In this document: positions 60,703-64,000 of the stretch, piece after piece
Numbering within the stretch: the stretch's first letter is position 1
Layout of the letters: the number at the start of each line of letters is the position of its first letter
DNA from: an uncultured Nitrososphaerota archaeon
Lineage (GTDB): Archaea; Thermoproteota; Nitrososphaeria; Nitrososphaerales; Nitrosopumilaceae
Direction of reading: 5' to 3'
DNA length: 64,000 nucleotides
Assembly (NCBI GenBank): GCA_963824385.1
Contig: CAWGPD010000003.1
Location: 192,001-256,000 of the forward strand
Notes under the pieces: generated by a model
What the model was told of the DNA's origin: nothing
The model's input: the letters and a program-made list of their open reading frames with translations, nothing else
Databases searched by the model: none
Position numbers and translations under genes: made by a program

Positions 60703-60794
60703 TACCGGGGGTGGGTTTCGAACCCACGACCTCCAGATTATGAGTAATACCCTTGTGTGGACTGGCACTCTAGGCCAGGCTGAGCTACCCCGGC
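60703..60794 (-). tRNA. tRNA with CAT anticodon (probably elongator Met) carrying a 16-nt intron at about 60746-60761
   Basis: GCCGGGG/CCCCGGT acceptor; anticodon arm CCAG[TCCACACAAGGGTATT]A-CTCATAA-TCTGG; GGTTCGAAACC. Confidence 0.9.
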
Positions 60795-60837
60795 ATAATT
60801 AACGCCTAAATTCTTGATGCAATTAAATGTAGATTGC

Positions 60838-62404
60838 TTAGGTTTGCGCGATGTTTTTCCAATTGGTATCAACTTTTGATACCCATTGGAATTTCTTTTG
60901 AAGTGCAGATGTGTAAAGTTTCTCCCATTCTAATCCTACTGCATCTGACCAAGCTTTGACAACTCTAGGGTCAATGTAATTTCTAAGAGATGTTCCTAAA
61001 TTATAATCTCGAGTTTTTTCAGTTAATTCTAGTGTAAGCTTTAATTTTTCTTCGCGTTGTTTTAATTTCTCTGCCTGTTTTTCAGTTTTAGGTTTGGTTT
61101 CATGTAGTTTCTTTATTGCATCACGTCTCTTTTGTAAAGCTTCATCAAAGTTCTTTGGTATGGTTCTCTTGTGATTGCATGTTATTGCCGCATCCAAGTT
61201 GGCAAGTCTGGCATGGTATATCTTGATGTTTTCAGATTTTGATTTTAGGTTGTCTACTTTTTTAAGATAATTTGTAACTACTTCTGTTGCAAGATATGTT
61301 CTAAAGACTTTGGCAGTAAGACCCTTTACTATTCCACCAAGAAATTCATTTACATGTCTTGAAGTAATTCCATCAAATATGAGAATCATCCTTTTTCTTT
61401 TTCTCTGTGAGTTTTTTGAGATTCTCATAAAACATTTTATCTTGTTCTGTTACTGGTAATGGTTTTTGCCATCTCACACTGTCTTTTCCTAAAAAGTCAA
61501 ATTCTATTACGCCTGGTCTTAGACTTACATGTTCAACTCTCAAAGTTGTAGCACCTACAGTGTCTGCCTCATCTGGGTCCTTTTCATCACCTACTCTCAT
61601 TGCAGTTTTGTAAATTAGATAACAAACAGTAGCAACTCTTCTTACCTTCTCATCCTTGTCTGACATTTTTTTGATAACCAGTCCTAAAACTTTGTTAATC
61701 TCTGCTGCAAGTTTTGTTGCCTTGTCATATTTCATCTTGTCACGTTCTTGTTTGAGGTCAGATGTATCAGAAAGCCAGACGTATTTTCTTTTATCAGTAA
61801 GTATGTCAACCCAGCTTGCAAGCCACATAAAATCAGACTCGTGAATGATCTTGCCCCAATTGCCAGGAGGTATTTTGGCTTCTTTTCCAAGATTTAGTGT
61901 AACATCTTTTTCTGTAACCTTTGGCTTCCATTTTCCTCTTAATGGATGGTCTCCTCTTCCTATGAAAAGACCTGGAGGCTCTGCCATCCAATTTCCAACG
62001 TCAACCTCTTTTCCATCAATTATTGCCTTGCCATACTTGGCCTTCATTTTTTCTTTGATCTCCTTTCTGGTAGATGCAATTTTCTTCTTCTCCTCTTTGG
62101 TTATGGTCAACTTGGAATCCTTTTCCATGTCAACTACCTTGAATGCCTCCGAAAAGTCAATATCTGAAAGTGAATTATTTTTAAATTTTACTGGAAGTAC
62201 TTTAACAAAATCTGCTAGAAAGTTTTTCTGGAAAACTTAATCTTTGACATAAGGGGTGTCCTTCTTTTTTGCCCACTGGTAAACCATTTCTTCAGCATCA
62301 ATGCTTAGAGGAACTTTCTCTCCCTTGATCTTGATCGTTATACCTTTTGACTCGTAAGGAGGAAGAAACGCAATGCCATTGTGTTGAAGGGTTTTCCATT
62401 TCAT
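60838..62404 (-). CDS. DNA topoisomerase IB; apparent in-frame TAA at 62237-62239 and +1 frameshift at about 61385
   Basis: KWKTLQHNG, EPPGLF.GRG.HP.RG, MRVGDEK, FLGKD, KVFRT, CNH, LGTSLRNYIDPR (full catalytic pentad). Confidence 0.96.
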
Positions 62405-62499
62405 TTTTGTTATCACTAAACTTTTGATTAAATCTGTTGACTTTGACAAAAATTGACTTTCTGACGTATATCAATCTAACCAAAAGAATAGTGTGAAAA

Positions 62500-63384
62500 T
62501 CACCAAGTTTTTTGTTCTGAACTTTTTGAATTGATGAAATGGTGATAAAATTGATGTATTTTAGTAAAAAGCTCTTTTTTTATGTAATTTTCAAACTCGA
62601 TGTCTGTCTTGGCTTTTTTTGCTTCAAGAAACATTATTGCATCATTTCCAACAGGATAGCGAGGTAATGGATTTTCAGATGTTACTGCCTTGATTATGGT
62701 CTTTGCAACCTCTTGTGGAGGAGTTCCCATCTCTGACATCATTACTAGCCCCTTCATCACCTTGTCTGCCATGTCCTTATATGCAGAGTTTGGCTTTGTT
62801 GTATTTTTAAGAGTCGCAAAAAGATTTGTCTTGATTACACCAGGTTCTATAATTATTGTTTTAATTCCAAATGGAAATAGCTCATAGCGCATTGATTCGC
62901 TCAAACCTTCTAACGCAAATTTTGAGCTGATATATCCTGGAGTTACTGGAAATCCAATTCTTCCTGCAACTGAACTAATGTTTACTATGATTCCTGATTT
63001 CTGACTGCGCATGGTGGGCAGTACTGCTTGGATTGTTCTTATCACGCCAAAAAAGTTTGTTTCAAACTGATCTTTTAGATCTGTAATTGACAAATCTTCT
63101 AAACATCCAACAAGAAAGTATCCTGCATTATTTACAAGGACATCAATTCTCTTTTTTTCACTTACTATTTTTTCAACTGCTTTTTTTATGGTAGATTCGT
63201 TGTTGACGTCAAGTTCTATAACTTCGATTTTTAGTCCATCTTTTTTTGCAATATCTAAAATTTTGCTACCTTTTTTTATATCACGCATGGTAGCATAGGT
63301 ATGATATCCTTCACGTGCTAATGCCAGTGCAGTCTCAAAACCTATTCCGCTTGAACTGCCAGTTACTAATGCAACCTTGTCCAT
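62500..63384 (-). CDS. Short-chain dehydrogenase/reductase
   Basis: TGSSSGIG, NNAG, YISSK, IEPG. Confidence 0.95.
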   Translation of the reverse strand: MDKVALVTGSSSGIGFETALALAREGYHTYATMRDIKKGSKILDIAKKDGLKIEVIELDVNNESTIKKAVEKIVSEKKRIDVLVNNAGYFLVGCLEDLSITDLKDQFETNFFGVIRTIQAVLPTMRSQKSGIIVNISSVAGRIGFPVTPGYISSKFALEGLSESMRYELFPFGIKTIIIEPGVIKTNLFATLKNTTKPNSAYKDMADKVMKGLVMMSEMGTPPQEVAKTIIKAVTSENPLPRYPVGNDAIMFLEAKKAKTDIEFENYIKKELFTKIHQFYHHFINSKSSEQKTW

Positions 63385-63447
63385 GTTTTGATAATTTCTG
63401 ATGTGACTAATAATTTGTGTTGTTCTGGAGAGTCTATTCCTAATCTA

Positions 63448-64000
63448 CTAGACTAGCGGTTTGTCACCTTCAACTGGATCTGTAATCTCAGTCTTTTCAC
63501 CATCTGTTATTCTCTGGAGAATCTCTTTTGCTGAAAGCTTGTGTAGGTATTCATTATTGTTGCCACATCTATAAGAAAAGGTACAACGAGGACAGCCAGA
63601 TTCGCTTTGGCATGGACACTCTGTTACTATATCCAAACTACGCTCAAAGGCCTTCTCAAGCCTATCAAATAGTGCTCTACTTGCACCATTTCCTCCTATG
63701 GCAGAATCATAAACAAAGACAAGTCCTGATGTTCCAAGCGAAATGCCACCTAGGTCTTGGGATACGCCACCTGTTATCATGTTGCTCCCTTCTATAACGA
63801 CATGTTCTGTAGCATGATATCCACTAGCTTCTACGTATTCTTCATTCTCGGTTTTACTTATTTCATTTAATGGCCTGGGTGCCTTGAAGACAATTCCCTT
63901 TGTAATAAAATCATAATCAAGTGGTTTTTCTAAAATTATCTTCTGGCCTTGTGCAGCTTCTTGACCCAACTCTAAATTGACATAGCCGTACACTCTTTTT
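63448..64000 (-). CDS. DEAD/DEAH helicase with DUF1998 C-terminus (Hrq1/SftH-like), 3' part
   Basis: HATEH, YDSAIGGNG, CPCQSESGCPRC..CGNNN..L.K. Confidence 0.88.
   Translation of the reverse strand, partial: KRVYGYVNLELGQEAAQGQKIILEKPLDYDFITKGIVFKAPRPLNEISKTENEEYVEASGYHATEHVVIEGSNMITGGVSQDLGGISLGTSGLVFVYDSAIGGNGASRALFDRLEKAFERSLDIVTECPCQSESGCPRCTFSYRCGNNNEYLHKLSAKEILQRITDGEKTEITDPVEGDKPLV

Noticed and set aside
9747..60794. Integrated provirus or island at the tRNA genes
   Set aside because: No integrase, transposase or viral gene, and no duplicated tRNA 3' end was seen by eye.
62237..62239. Stop-codon recoding in topoisomerase IB
   Set aside because: The codon is TAA, not the TGA/TAG used for Sec/Pyl, and a single C-to-T change in GATC (GAT CAA) explains it.
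215..62242. Mass pseudogenisation or programmed frameshifting of valS, purB, rtcB, pyrF, nop5, pyrD, radA and others
   Set aside because: Several genes are essential and otherwise undecayed. The lesions are single-base, lack slippery heptamers and track AGCT/GATC, so systematic sequencing error is more parsimonious.
116..63797. Many 60-145 aa antisense or overlapping ORFs (e.g. 7618-8055, 23152-23559, 35835-36041, 54038-54391, 61845-62240)
   Set aside because: They are shadows of well-supported genes, tRNAs or repeats and carry no motifs of their own.

Overview
Core-genome segment of an AT-rich archaeon, inferred to be Nitrososphaerota (Thaumarchaeota), probably Nitrosopumilales. Markers are a type IB topoisomerase, topoisomerase VI A/B, a histone, an Rpc34-like TFE-beta, rpS30e and a SAMP/MoaD-Cgi121 fusion. 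The window holds about 85 CDS for translation, tRNA/rRNA modification, nucleotide synthesis, DNA topology/repair and surface proteins. It also holds 4 tRNA genes: Thr-CGT, Cys-GCA, Ser-GCT and Met-CAT, the last with a non-canonical intron. I saw no CRISPR array, integrase or transposase. The most striking pattern is that 15 reading-frame lesions in 14 genes, several essential, all fall in or beside AGCT or GATC. This is best explained as methylation-induced base-calling error, i.e. an indirect read-out of a two-motif methylome, and not as real pseudogenisation. Other leads are two unannotated structured RNA candidates, a nuclease-like domain fused to QueD, a GDGT ring synthase-like radical SAM enzyme, stand-alone AIPR and OLD-like genes, shared operator-like palindromes at two wHTH paralogs, and several microproteins missed by the ORF track. 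All family assignments come from motif recognition by eye; no database search was run.
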